Source of the DNA: an uncultured virus (IMG/VR IMGVR_UViG_3300017768_000003)
Taxonomy: Duplodnaviria > Heunggongvirae > Uroviricota > Caudoviricetes
IMG/VR virus record: IMGVR_UViG_3300017768_000003
Length of the DNA stretch: 64,000 bases
Direction: 5' to 3' (one strand)
Below, one piece after another: positions 29,401-38,756 of this stretch. Numbering within the stretch: the first letter of the stretch is position 1; every line of letters begins with the position of its first letter. The notes under the pieces are model-generated. The model made no database searches, was not told the origin of the DNA, and saw only the letters and a list, made by a program, of their open reading frames with translations. The translations under genes were made by a program, and so were the position numbers.

Positions 29401-30278
29401 CCTTGTATAAACAAATCTGTAGCTTCATCGAATATACCGTCACCCTGTTCTGTTTCTGAATATACTGGTGTTGAGCTATAGCCATTAACGGAAGAAGGTC
29501 TTGGGCTCTGAGGGTCTTTTACAATTACAATACCTCCTTCCATATCTTTAGTGAATCCTCCAAAATCAAGATAATTTGTATTTGCATTGTTTGCTGTTAA
29601 AAAATATTTACCTCCAGATTTTCTATAACTAACCTTAGCTTCAGTATTTACAGACGATGAAAGTATATAGCTTGATGTAGGATTAAAGCCTGCTGATACA
29701 GATTGAGACAAAGCTTGGTTAAACTGGAGTTGAAAGAAGGGTTTTTTAATTTCTTTTATTTCAATCACAGGTTTCTTGAATTGGTTATATATTATTTTAG
29801 ATGTATTTGCAGATTTAGGTTTTGCAGTAAACTGCCTTGTCCATCTAAAGTTTGTAATATTAACCCAGTCGGGTGGTATCATTGAGCCATCAGGTGCCTC
29901 TGTTGCAGTACCTAATATTGTAAGTCTTAAATCACCAGGTGCGGTTTCTGGTGTGATGTCTACAGAGATAACTCTATTGTGAGCATCATCGTTAAGGTCA
30001 TATACCTGTGTTTTTACCAACTCACCCGCGGCGTCAATAGCTTCAATTAGTATTTCACTATTAAGACCCATAGTGTCTGAATTACCTCTAATAGCAATTA
30101 GATTTTTACCGCCGTGAAGAATAAATGATGGGTCAAAACTAAGCCTAAAATAATTACCTGACCTATCATCGAAGTCATCGAAATATACTTCTCGATTATA
30201 TAAATCCTGAAACAGATATTGACCTGTTAAAGAACTAGGCTGTATTCGCTCTAATCTGTTTGTTGGTTGTCTTGACAT
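26499..30278 (-). CDS. Large tail fibre with C-terminal intramolecular chaperone (peptidase S74-like)
   Basis: C-terminal SDKRRKENI...GLIAQELEEIFP followed by a coiled coil. Confidence 0.85.
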   Translation of the reverse strand: MSRQPTNRLERIQPSSLTGQYLFQDLYNREVYFDDFDDRSGNYFRLSFDPSFILHGGKNLIAIRGNSDTMGLNSEILIEAIDAAGELVKTQVYDLNDDAHNRVISVDITPETAPGDLRLTILGTATEAPDGSMIPPDWVNITNFRWTRQFTAKPKSANTSKIIYNQFKKPVIEIKEIKKPFFQLQFNQALSQSVSAGFNPTSSYILSSSVNTEAKVSYRKSGGKYFLTANNANTNYLDFGGFTKDMEGGIVIVKDPQSPRPSSVNGYSSTPVYSETEQGDGIFDEATDLFIQGAYLSTITEVISPFELRVNTPHTTFQGLTAASYQEFEHFEFENSDFELIWSEMPISYSADPTGSTGDPLLTSYAHVTFNNLEPLTGDVTRIKCYMKNHQAPFDWVLASDMAVEPQELLYRKDFEKYRAPIGDFTTWGVAHNGIDSVLTYWTASGVGTSDPSMSLYTQQSSQENPPVGDNIKIGTNQQAWELDGTAYWEFKALESASFFQNQWYELSFKAVSVKTQLPSWTTLTQTTIAEPKVEVYMTGSAFTEASTGLGKFIGLIEDVAVRKKHVEFDDDDNEKEIGYKFVFQADGTEFGIPKFKIESGVWHFYDISIKPWDRKGYTPGTFDVIFPTIKCNVGNYDSLDFKFEFYNDDGMISNYPAVIEKVPWENQLTATFTNIVTNTISGSTGSFGSINTSVFTGPTVFNSGPFNFNGAATFSSGISASGPNIFGGPLTLGTSCSDTVAISGSVYIPCITEGASTDNIMVIGPDYLVQSSSLTISDIQNIQGFTTVSGQSGANILSSNTQQVTFTGTGGITVTTLGSNVVISSSNSGSGVSSGGGDNQNAFSTFSFAGGGSHASDVVAHNTASTVQWIGGCGIGIDSFDTHSAGVDKITINASHSFATFSVAGSDDVLADRCGDKVTFVAGSNMNISTSPGGDEITFDALGGGGGGCCTYCGLPIEHDAGVGIHDCLGQTITTQALVHCPQTLGTPKTNLSQQQFLAANYAAKYAEPTWLQVNNWPQVGMKIFEGRIGYAAIFNTTGVPSNRVDSNCCAPVGGSGGFNTFDQAGHGIKIMTSTIPTQIPLKGGSNSCQINNPVNAPNFSSPIGNAFLAAFFHFHTDCSAGSFNPATSGQQYIGGIRKDCMNYSNTVVYEQVSDKRRKENIEPTKFGIEDLLKVRVRDFDFKTTPKDRRVRKQVGLIAQELEEIFPQAVAGDSHGDVDESPMTVALTEMVPLLIKSVQDQQKTIKELEERIKKMEDR

Positions 30279-30321
30279 CTATAGTATTCCCATAATATTC
30301 GTTTTATATAAATATACGATA

Positions 30322-33300
30322 TTATACAATAACTCGGCTATATCCCTTGTTTTGACTTATCTCTACCAAACCATCAACCATATCTTTCATAATATCAATA
30401 TGAGATATAATCATTACAAAATCAAATTCAAATTTTAGATAATCAAATAGCATTGAAAGTGAATTTATATTGTCAGAATCTAAATTTCCAAAACCTTCGT
30501 CAATTGCAAGAAAGTTAGGTCTAGGTAAATTAGATATTTTAATAAGAGCTACACGAATAGCAAGTGATGATATGAATTTTTCCATACCACTTGTTAATTC
30601 CAGAGGCCATTTGTCATCATCTCCATATTTTATATAAGTTAAAATATTCTTACCGTCAACATCAAACTCAATTTCATATTCAACCATTTGAGAAAGTGTA
30701 TTGTTAATCTCCTCTTCTAAATATGGAAGTGTTTCTGCAATTATTTCATAAGGTATACCATCTCTTCTTATCGCATCAAGATAATATTCATATGACTTAA
30801 GCTTTAATTCTAATTCGTGGGCATCAGATATTGTTGTTTTTATATGTGATATATTCTGTTGTGTTATTGATACATTGCTATAAGCTTTTTGTATTTTTGA
30901 AGATAGCTCGTCTAACTCTAATTTTATACTTGACTTTTCTATTTCAAGATTTTCAATAACTTTATTTATTTTTTCATTTGACTTTATAGTTTCCTTATTT
31001 TTATAATACTTTTCTATATCCTTATCCACGCCTCTTAAATCAGTCTTAAACGCACGCAGGTCGGACTTTCTCTGCTCTGACTTAATGATAATTTCTGAAT
31101 TATATTGGCTTATTTGCAGTTTTTCGGCGCTTAATGTATTATATACGTTAATCAGATTTTCAACCTCTATTTTCTCTAATAATATATTGTCTGATATGCT
31201 TTTATCATGTAAAAGTTTTTTAACTATAACCTTATCCTCTTCTAATTCTATCTTAGCTTTATCTGCAGCTTTAACAAATTCATTGTTACAACAATATTTA
31301 CAATCAGGGTCATATTCATGTGTATCTAATTTCGACATAAGGTCAAGTTTATTTCTTACGCTAACCTTTTTTACTTCTATTTCTCTAATAAGTCTAGAGT
31401 TATTTTCTTTTTCAGAATCTAATACAGATTTCTTGACATTTAATTCGTCTATATTTATTTTTGACATTTTAGAAACAGTGTCAGACATTTTAACCTTATT
31501 GGCTTTTTTATAGTTTTTGTATTTTTCTAACTTTTGATTGTTAAATTCTATTTCTCGTATACGCCTAGCTTTTTTCGATTCGAGTGTATCAATATCATTT
31601 TCTACAGTTATATTCTTAAGCTCTTTTACTTTACTATGTATTTGTTCTTCTTTCTTAGAATATTTCTTTTGTGTTTTTGCTTTGCTGCTATTAAGCTCTT
31701 TGTATACAGCCTCGTATTCTGAAAGACTGTCTTCTTCATCTATAAGCTGTTGAGAATAATCAGTTTTCCCAAAATTACGAAGTAAAATTTGTACCTCCTT
31801 TATTTCTTCGTTTGCAAGTTGATATAGCTCTTCAAATACAGTAATGTCTAAAAATTGAGAAAGTAAATCTTTCTTTTCAACCTGAGACTGGTCGATAAAT
31901 CCTGTATTGTTATTTTGAACAGACATCGATGTTAATACAAAGTCGTTGTATAGTCCAAGATACCCTCTAATATTTTTATCTGTTTGAGTTCTCTGCTCTC
32001 CATTAAGAGATATTACATTGTCATCTTCTCCTACCATCCAAAAATCTACGTCAACACGTACGTGACCTGATTTTTCTTTTTTACCTTTTCTTTCTATAAA
32101 ATAATCAACTCCGTCTATTTCAAAATTTAACTTAGAATAAAAATTATTTTTTTTGTTGTTTAATACATCAGAGGCTGATTTTGTTCTTGAGCACTTGTGA
32201 AACACGTTGAACATTATAGCATCCAATATAGCAGACTTGCCTGCGTGGTTAGGTGCAAATATACCAATTACATCTCTTAGCTTTGAAAAGTCTATAATAT
32301 TATTTTCACCATAACTAAACATATTTGAAAATTCAAACGTCTTAGGTACCCATCGCACACCTCTTGATACTTCTATTGTAGATAGGTTTTTATTTAACTC
32401 TGTATTTATATTTTTAATTCTTCTTATTGTTTCGTCATCAGCAGGATGATTTGTACCAATATATTCTTCTAACAATTCATTTTGATATTGTACATCTCTA
32501 ATATCTCTTGTTACAGACCTTGTAGTTTTATTTTGAGCATTTAACTTATCATTTTTTATGATAATAATATCTTTTGTCTTACACTTACTTTTTATTTCCT
32601 TTATTATATCCTTTAATTGAGCTTGTGTTGTATTCTCAGTTTTTATTCTCACTCTAGGATATTTAGGTATATTATCTATATTAGGAAGAACTCCGTCCTT
32701 TACATTTATCGTATAAAAACCGTGCTGATTTTCAAAGTTAACAAAGCTTGCGTTTCTTGTGTCTACATTCCAAACTGCACAACCGTGGTTATCAAAAGCT
32801 TCACCAAAATTCTGCTGTATTAAAGAGCCTACCTGTAATATCGTTTCTTCTTTATTATAAAACTGTCTTTTATGTATATCACCTAACATTACCATATCAT
32901 ATCCATCGAACATAGATATTTTAAGGTCGTCACTTTCTACTTTATATCCAGCATCGGTATATGACATATCAAGCGCGCCGTGAAATAAAGCAACCTTTGT
33001 TTCGGCATCAAATGATTTTGCTCTTATAAAAGTTTTAGGGTCGTCAAATATACTAAACACTACAAAGTGAGTACCGGCAATTTCATGTACTGCAGAATCT
33101 TTTAGATAATGTAATTGTGGATGCGACAAAGATTCTACCATAGGAGATAGCGAATCAAGTCTAGATGAATTATTTAGATTTGCATCATGATTTCCAGTAA
33201 TTATTATTGTATGTCTTCTGTCAGCTAGATTTTTTAAGAACTCAGTTGTAAGTTTTATTAACTCAGGTGATATATCTGTTTTACTATGAACAATGTCACC

Positions 33301-33468
33301 TCCAACATATACTATAGAATTTTTTGGTAACGCATCAACTTGTTTATATAACTGTCGAAATACTTTTCTATACTCTTTATGTCGTTGATAATTTCTTATA
33401 TGAATATCAGCTACGTGTAATACTTTTTCTAGTTTATCAAAACCTACATCAATTTTATTAAAGTCCAA
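30322..33468 (-). CDS. Fused Mre11/SbcD nuclease - Rad50/SbcC ATPase (gp47-gp46 fusion)
   Basis: ADIH, GGD, GNHD, GDIH phosphoesterase motifs; NHAGKS Walker A, CKYC hook, SGME signature, IDEGFGNLD Walker B. Confidence 0.93.
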   Translation of the reverse strand: MDFNKIDVGFDKLEKVLHVADIHIRNYQRHKEYRKVFRQLYKQVDALPKNSIVYVGGDIVHSKTDISPELIKLTTEFLKNLADRRHTIIITGNHDANLNNSSRLDSLSPMVESLSHPQLHYLKDSAVHEIAGTHFVVFSIFDDPKTFIRAKSFDAETKVALFHGALDMSYTDAGYKVESDDLKISMFDGYDMVMLGDIHKRQFYNKEETILQVGSLIQQNFGEAFDNHGCAVWNVDTRNASFVNFENQHGFYTINVKDGVLPNIDNIPKYPRVRIKTENTTQAQLKDIIKEIKSKCKTKDIIIIKNDKLNAQNKTTRSVTRDIRDVQYQNELLEEYIGTNHPADDETIRRIKNINTELNKNLSTIEVSRGVRWVPKTFEFSNMFSYGENNIIDFSKLRDVIGIFAPNHAGKSAILDAIMFNVFHKCSRTKSASDVLNNKKNNFYSKLNFEIDGVDYFIERKGKKEKSGHVRVDVDFWMVGEDDNVISLNGEQRTQTDKNIRGYLGLYNDFVLTSMSVQNNNTGFIDQSQVEKKDLLSQFLDITVFEELYQLANEEIKEVQILLRNFGKTDYSQQLIDEEDSLSEYEAVYKELNSSKAKTQKKYSKKEEQIHSKVKELKNITVENDIDTLESKKARRIREIEFNNQKLEKYKNYKKANKVKMSDTVSKMSKINIDELNVKKSVLDSEKENNSRLIREIEVKKVSVRNKLDLMSKLDTHEYDPDCKYCCNNEFVKAADKAKIELEEDKVIVKKLLHDKSISDNILLEKIEVENLINVYNTLSAEKLQISQYNSEIIIKSEQRKSDLRAFKTDLRGVDKDIEKYYKNKETIKSNEKINKVIENLEIEKSSIKLELDELSSKIQKAYSNVSITQQNISHIKTTISDAHELELKLKSYEYYLDAIRRDGIPYEIIAETLPYLEEEINNTLSQMVEYEIEFDVDGKNILTYIKYGDDDKWPLELTSGMEKFISSLAIRVALIKISNLPRPNFLAIDEGFGNLDSDNINSLSMLFDYLKFEFDFVMIISHIDIMKDMVDGLVEISQNKGYSRVIV

Positions 33469-34366
33469 ACTTCATCTCCACTATTTTTCTAAAATCTAAC
33501 GACGGTGTGCTTTCAATTAAATTTTTTATTTTTTCTCTACCCATTTCGTTAGGGTCAGAATCTTCTGGTATATCTACCATTCTAACATCTATATCTTCAG
33601 CCATTAAATATTCACACAATTCTATGGCTTCTTTTCTTGCATCGTTATCTAAAACTATATTTACTTTCTTAACTTTCTTTTCTTGTATTTTTGCTTTTAG
33701 CTTTTTAGGTAAGAACTTACCAAATATAGGAATAGAATTTTCACCTATTGTTATGGCATCAAACACTCCTTCACATATGTTTATTGATTTATTCCAATTT
33801 ACTAAAAGTTCAAGGCCTATAACATCCTTTGACACTTTAGGGTTTTTATGCTTAAAATCTGTACTGTAATATGACCTGCCTACAAAATAATTTAACACGC
33901 CTTCTTCGTCATAACTAGGTATAATAATCATACCTGAATACGGTCCGGACTCACAATAACCTATATTATATCTCAGAACATCTATTTTTGTCAAGCCTCT
34001 ACTTTTAATATACCTAGCTGCATTTCTAAATTCCGGGCTCGAAGGTGCTCCGTTAACAAGAGGTATAAATTCAATAGGTAAAGATACATGAATATTCTTT
34101 TCTTCTTTTTTTATATTTAACTTTATTTTAGATATACTTTTTAACTTTTGTATTTTGTCAAACGCACCAAGTTTCTTAAATATTCTTTCGACACCTATAC
34201 CTTTAACACCACAAACCCAGCAGTGCCATTTTTCCGTTATTGTATTTATTACCAATTTCTTTTTATGGTGACTACAATAAGGACAACTAAATGTGGATTC
34301 GTTGCCACTATTTTTTGCAGCCCCTAATACACTTTCCAATAAGTTAATGAGTTGTCTATTCTTCAT
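33458..34366 (-). CDS. DNA primase
   Basis: CPYC..H...CWVC zinc finger; TOPRIM CEGVFDA, DND and DPNE. Confidence 0.9.
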   Translation of the reverse strand: MKNRQLINLLESVLGAAKNSGNESTFSCPYCSHHKKKLVINTITEKWHCWVCGVKGIGVERIFKKLGAFDKIQKLKSISKIKLNIKKEEKNIHVSLPIEFIPLVNGAPSSPEFRNAARYIKSRGLTKIDVLRYNIGYCESGPYSGMIIIPSYDEEGVLNYFVGRSYYSTDFKHKNPKVSKDVIGLELLVNWNKSINICEGVFDAITIGENSIPIFGKFLPKKLKAKIQEKKVKKVNIVLDNDARKEAIELCEYLMAEDIDVRMVDIPEDSDPNEMGREKIKNLIESTPSLDFRKIVEMKFGL

Positions 34367-34396
34367 TTATCTAATATAACAAAAAATTCCGATATA

Positions 34397-34837
34397 TTAT
34401 AACTTTATCTCATTTATTTGAGTTTCAATTCCTTTAGTAAACCTTACTTTAGCAAATCTTCTTGGACCTATACAATCATTATAATATTCATTTTTTGAAG
34501 ATACGTGGAACCTATGATGTAAGTTTTCTTCTAAATAATTAACCTGGCCTTTGGTTTCACCAAGTATTAAAATTTCAAATCTAAAATTATCCTTTCCTAA
34601 TTTATTTATATCGCTGTTTAGAAGTTTAGAAGAACCTGTATATTCTCTCCAATTTGAGTCTTTTCTTATAACCTTTCTTCTTTTCTTACCTGCAACTTTG
34701 ACTCTTCTAGTTGTGCCAAAATATTTTCTACCAATATATTTTTTATTAGACTTTATATTTGTAATTAAATAAACAAAACCAAAATATTCTTCTGGTGACT
34801 CAGTTAACAGCTCACCTTTATATAACCAATGGCTCAT
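34397..34837 (-). CDS. GIY-YIG endonuclease
   Basis: FVYLITN...KKYIGRK; Y.GSS; conserved E and N. Confidence 0.85.
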   Translation of the reverse strand: MSHWLYKGELLTESPEEYFGFVYLITNIKSNKKYIGRKYFGTTRRVKVAGKKRRKVIRKDSNWREYTGSSKLLNSDINKLGKDNFRFEILILGETKGQVNYLEENLHHRFHVSSKNEYYNDCIGPRRFAKVRFTKGIETQINEIKL

Positions 34838-34850
34838 AGCCTTTCTCCTA

Positions 34851-36788
34851 TTATGTATCGAAAGACACTATAAATGTTGTATCATATTCGTTAGATTTTT
34901 TTATAGGTCTTGATAATTTACCTACACCTAATAGTCTACCATAATCATCATATAAACCTATAGTTGTTACGTATGGTGACCACGCAGAGCTTGTGGTAAA
35001 ACTTTTTAATGTACCAAACTTCGACTGACTTACAATTGTTGGATTCATTGTATAACCATATTCTCTTTCTTTTATATGGCATGCATATTCATGTTCAAAT
35101 ATTGTATGAGTATTTTGCAATGACAATGTACACTCAGAAAACATTGGAAATGCTGAATGAGAATATGTGCTGCTCAATGAAGTTAAAGTAATTAAGCCGT
35201 GATTATAAAATACATTTCCAACTAAATTTGTATATTCACCTTTTGTCACATAACCATAAGATATTTCAGCAGGTGTTAAAGCTCTATCAAACATATTGAT
35301 ATTACTTATACCTCCTTGAAAGTTTCTAAAATATTGCGACATAGGTCTTGTTTGTCTTGCATATAAATTAGATTTGTTAGCTCTCTTTTTGTATTTACCT
35401 TCCCAAATTGTACGAGCACCTACAACAATCTCATCATTGTTATGTATATTACCTTTAGGTATATCGACCTCTACATTTAATTCTGCATTTACCCACAGCT
35501 GGAATTTGCTACCTGTTTTTACAGCAACTACATCGTGAAAAGCTCCAGCTATTGATGCTGTTGAATTAGCTCTAACTGTTGTGCGGCCATCACTTATTGC
35601 AGCTTGTATTCCACCTCGTATACCTGAATTATTTATACCTGTTGAGTTATCTGCATTTTCATTACAATATCTTATTGAGAAAGGAAAACCTCCTCTCTTT
35701 ACATCATTTAATTTAGACAATATAAAGTTATAAGGTCCATCATGATTTATTGAAGATGATGCTGGCTGGTCTGCCGAAGCAGATACTCTAATTGAAACTG
35801 TATAATCATCTTCTTGTCTCCAATCAAATTGTCGCTGGTGACGTATTCTCATCATACTATGACTTTCAGGATACTGACGTGATTCTGATGCGAATGGTGT
35901 ATTTATATAACCTGATTGTGAATTGGCATAGGGTGTTAACCCATCGAAAAAGACAAATGTACCTTCTGTGCTACTTGTTTTTGGCGTTACATTATAAGCC
36001 TCTACATTATTAGCATATCTAGAACGTTCAAAAAATCTTGTTCTGTTTTTAATATTAAATCTTTCACCTTTTTCTTGTGTGTATGTATTTAGTCTATTTA
36101 TACTAATTGCAGCTGCTATTTTCTTTTCATTGTCATTGTGCATATCATTAAAGTTAAACGAAAGTACACTTTTTGAAACATAGCTTAAAGACTGACTAGT
36201 AACAAGAGAACCGCTAGCTGCAGAGCCTGATATATTTTCATCATATAGATTTCCAAAACCATCGTCTCGCAATGTGACTCTATTTGCTCCACTACCTGAT
36301 TGTATAAGTACACTGCCTTTTTTTATACTTTGGCCAAATATTCTTTGAGGTATAGAAAGTATTTGTGCTTTACCATTTAATACTCTAAACTCTTTTTCAT
36401 ATCCACTGTTGTCTAATGTATAACACGGGTCATCTGGATTTGTATAGTACATTCCTTGAAGTGAATCATGCAATGCTCTCATATAAAAACCATTAGTAGT
36501 AGTTGGATGGATTGATTCTGATAGTACAGCGCCATACTTACCTAATACCTTCGGCATAAAATCTGACTCATCATGGATAGTGTCATAAGAAAAAACACTT
36601 AAAGATACTATACGCTCTTTTAATGCAGCCGACGAAGTAAGTGGGTGGTTAAATATTCTAGACTGTTCATAATAAGGTTCGAAATAACTACCTGTAAAAT
36701 TAGAAACATATACTAGATAATCTTTGTTAGCATCAAAAGGGGTAATAGTTATATCTTCGCTTCGGAATTTTTTATAAGTTCCAGACAT
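34851..36788 (-). CDS. Baseplate/virion protein with LamG-like domain
   Basis: FQGGISNINMFDRALTPAEI (LamG-like); C-terminal YVTTIGLYDD...LLGVGKLSRP. Confidence 0.7.
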   Translation of the reverse strand: MSGTYKKFRSEDITITPFDANKDYLVYVSNFTGSYFEPYYEQSRIFNHPLTSSAALKERIVSLSVFSYDTIHDESDFMPKVLGKYGAVLSESIHPTTTNGFYMRALHDSLQGMYYTNPDDPCYTLDNSGYEKEFRVLNGKAQILSIPQRIFGQSIKKGSVLIQSGSGANRVTLRDDGFGNLYDENISGSAASGSLVTSQSLSYVSKSVLSFNFNDMHNDNEKKIAAAISINRLNTYTQEKGERFNIKNRTRFFERSRYANNVEAYNVTPKTSSTEGTFVFFDGLTPYANSQSGYINTPFASESRQYPESHSMMRIRHQRQFDWRQEDDYTVSIRVSASADQPASSSINHDGPYNFILSKLNDVKRGGFPFSIRYCNENADNSTGINNSGIRGGIQAAISDGRTTVRANSTASIAGAFHDVVAVKTGSKFQLWVNAELNVEVDIPKGNIHNNDEIVVGARTIWEGKYKKRANKSNLYARQTRPMSQYFRNFQGGISNINMFDRALTPAEISYGYVTKGEYTNLVGNVFYNHGLITLTSLSSTYSHSAFPMFSECTLSLQNTHTIFEHEYACHIKEREYGYTMNPTIVSQSKFGTLKSFTTSSAWSPYVTTIGLYDDYGRLLGVGKLSRPIKKSNEYDTTFIVSFDT

Positions 36789-36803
36789 TTTATATCCCTA
36801 TTT

Positions 36804-38012
36804 TTAGAATTCTAATTTAACTCGTATCAATGCCTCTCTTGTAAATGATTTCAATAACGGTTTACTTAACTTCGCTATAGCCAGTAATTCGTTTCTGTCA
36901 TTGTATAAGCCAACAGTTGTTATATAAACCTTAGGGTCTCTATACATTGATGGGTGAGCAAATGCTCCTTGAGAACCACTGGTAAACGATGGGTTATTAC
37001 TAAAGTTATATTCAGCGTTTTTAAGTCTTATAAAATAGTGAGTAGCATATACTTTTTCAGCAGACCTTGCTTGGAATGATGCTGACGTTGCAGAGTTTCC
37101 TGAACCTACAGATACAGAGCTTGTAAAAAACCCTACCATATCATTAACTATGTGGTTTACGTTTGACGAACCTACGTCTAAATCTGTTGTACCAGGACAC
37201 CAGCAATAATTAACCTCATGAGAACCTGAATAGTCGAAAGCTCTTGGTGAAAGCATTATCACTCCCATATCTGGATAAAACCATCCATATTGAGTAGCTG
37301 ACGCATCTGATGTTCCTAACGAACCTGTAATTACTTTATATAAAGCTCCTGCATCTCCTAATGTCGCACTGTTAACTGCGCTATCATCTGTTAATGTATA
37401 TAAACCTCCACGGTTTGCTTGACCAGGAAAACCAAATGTTGAAGAAGAGATTGTTAATTCCCAATTACCAGGGTCTACTCTTTCTTTATATCTTTGTCTG
37501 TTGACGTTAATGAAAAATGAACCTGTTTCGTTAAATGTTGTACCACCTGATGTTATTGTAAAGTGTTCATCTCCAGGTGCAAGTAATAAATTTCTATATT
37601 GTTGATATACAGTTTTAGTTGGTGTCATACCTTCAGAAGCATATTCTGATATTGGTGCAGAACCTGAACCATTTGAGTTACCATAAGCGACAGCAAACTG
37701 AGGTTCAGCTGAAGCAGTTAATTGAGGTTCATCTCTATATATCTCTGCGTAGTAAAGTCCTGATGCTGCTTTCTGTACAGATGATGTATATAACTCTGTA
37801 TCTACTAACTTTAATTCACCATCATTGTTTGACCACATTGCAGCCGTAATAGTATCTGCTTGTGCGTTTTCGATAACATCACCATTTTCAAATGCTGTAT
37901 ATAGAGGAGTAACCGAACGCCTAACAGGAGATGTAAGTCGTCTGTCTCTTTGTCCTACTCGTGTAGAATAATTTCTTGATAGTGCATTATCTCTATTAAA
38001 TCTTGTTGCCAT
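36804..38012 (-). CDS. Baseplate/virion structural protein
   Basis: C-terminal YITTVGLYND..ELLAIAKLSKP, paralogous to 34851-36788. Confidence 0.7.
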   Translation of the reverse strand: MATRFNRDNALSRNYSTRVGQRDRRLTSPVRRSVTPLYTAFENGDVIENAQADTITAAMWSNNDGELKLVDTELYTSSVQKAASGLYYAEIYRDEPQLTASAEPQFAVAYGNSNGSGSAPISEYASEGMTPTKTVYQQYRNLLLAPGDEHFTITSGGTTFNETGSFFINVNRQRYKERVDPGNWELTISSSTFGFPGQANRGGLYTLTDDSAVNSATLGDAGALYKVITGSLGTSDASATQYGWFYPDMGVIMLSPRAFDYSGSHEVNYCWCPGTTDLDVGSSNVNHIVNDMVGFFTSSVSVGSGNSATSASFQARSAEKVYATHYFIRLKNAEYNFSNNPSFTSGSQGAFAHPSMYRDPKVYITTVGLYNDRNELLAIAKLSKPLLKSFTREALIRVKLEF

Positions 38013-38027
38013 TTGCTATTCCCTATA

Positions 38028-38705
38028 TTATTTTTCGTAGTAATAATCTTCAACTAAGTTTGTAGCTGTAGATTCTTTCTTAACTGTAATGTTTATCGTT
38101 ACATATCCACCAGTTTCATTTCCAATTATTGTTAGTGTAGTCTGCTTGTCTTCTACTGGTTGAGCTTTTGCTACGATTTCGAATCTTGTACCTGTAACTG
38201 ATACAGAATTTCCAGTATCTCCTATAAAGTCAGCAACTGTTGGATTATATCTTGTGTTGATTCTTCCACCGGATGCTACATTAAGATAACATGCATCTGA
38301 GTCTGCAAGAATTGCTGTATAACCATAAGTCGCATTACCATTAGCAAAGTTTGCTGTATTAGGAGTTATAGGTGCTTTATCACCACCATGCGTTAATACA
38401 ATAGATGTAACACCTACAGTAACGCTAGGCATTCTAGAAATATTTTTTGGAAGCGTAACTAATTTATGTTTCATAACGTAATTTTCATTAGGTACAGCTT
38501 CTACTATAGGCATAGCTTCAATAGCTTGTCCATAATAATTAGAACCTAGTTGGTGATTAACATCCCAAAGTGAATAATCAATTTCATCGTCTGCTAATGC
38601 GAACTGAGTTATATTAAAGTGCTCAGAACCTTTTGCTAGTAATTCTCTACCTTTCTTGGTAAGAATAGCATCGACAGTAATTGTTGTTTTATCTAAATAT
38701 CCCAT
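38028..38705 (-). CDS. Baseplate/virion structural protein
   Basis: LTKKGRELLA...ITQFALADD; late motif at 38734-38741. Confidence 0.7.
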   Translation of the reverse strand: MGYLDKTTITVDAILTKKGRELLAKGSEHFNITQFALADDEIDYSLWDVNHQLGSNYYGQAIEAMPIVEAVPNENYVMKHKLVTLPKNISRMPSVTVGVTSIVLTHGGDKAPITPNTANFANGNATYGYTAILADSDACYLNVASGGRINTRYNPTVADFIGDTGNSVSVTGTRFEIVAKAQPVEDKQTTLTIIGNETGGYVTINITVKKESTATNLVEDYYYEK

Positions 38706-38756
38706 TTTATTTCCTCTATTATATTTCTTTAATATAAATATACATTTAATTTATTT

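Noticed and set aside
34397..34837. GIY-YIG gene as an intron-borne homing endonuclease
   Set aside because: Free-standing, with intact neighbours and no intron structure visible
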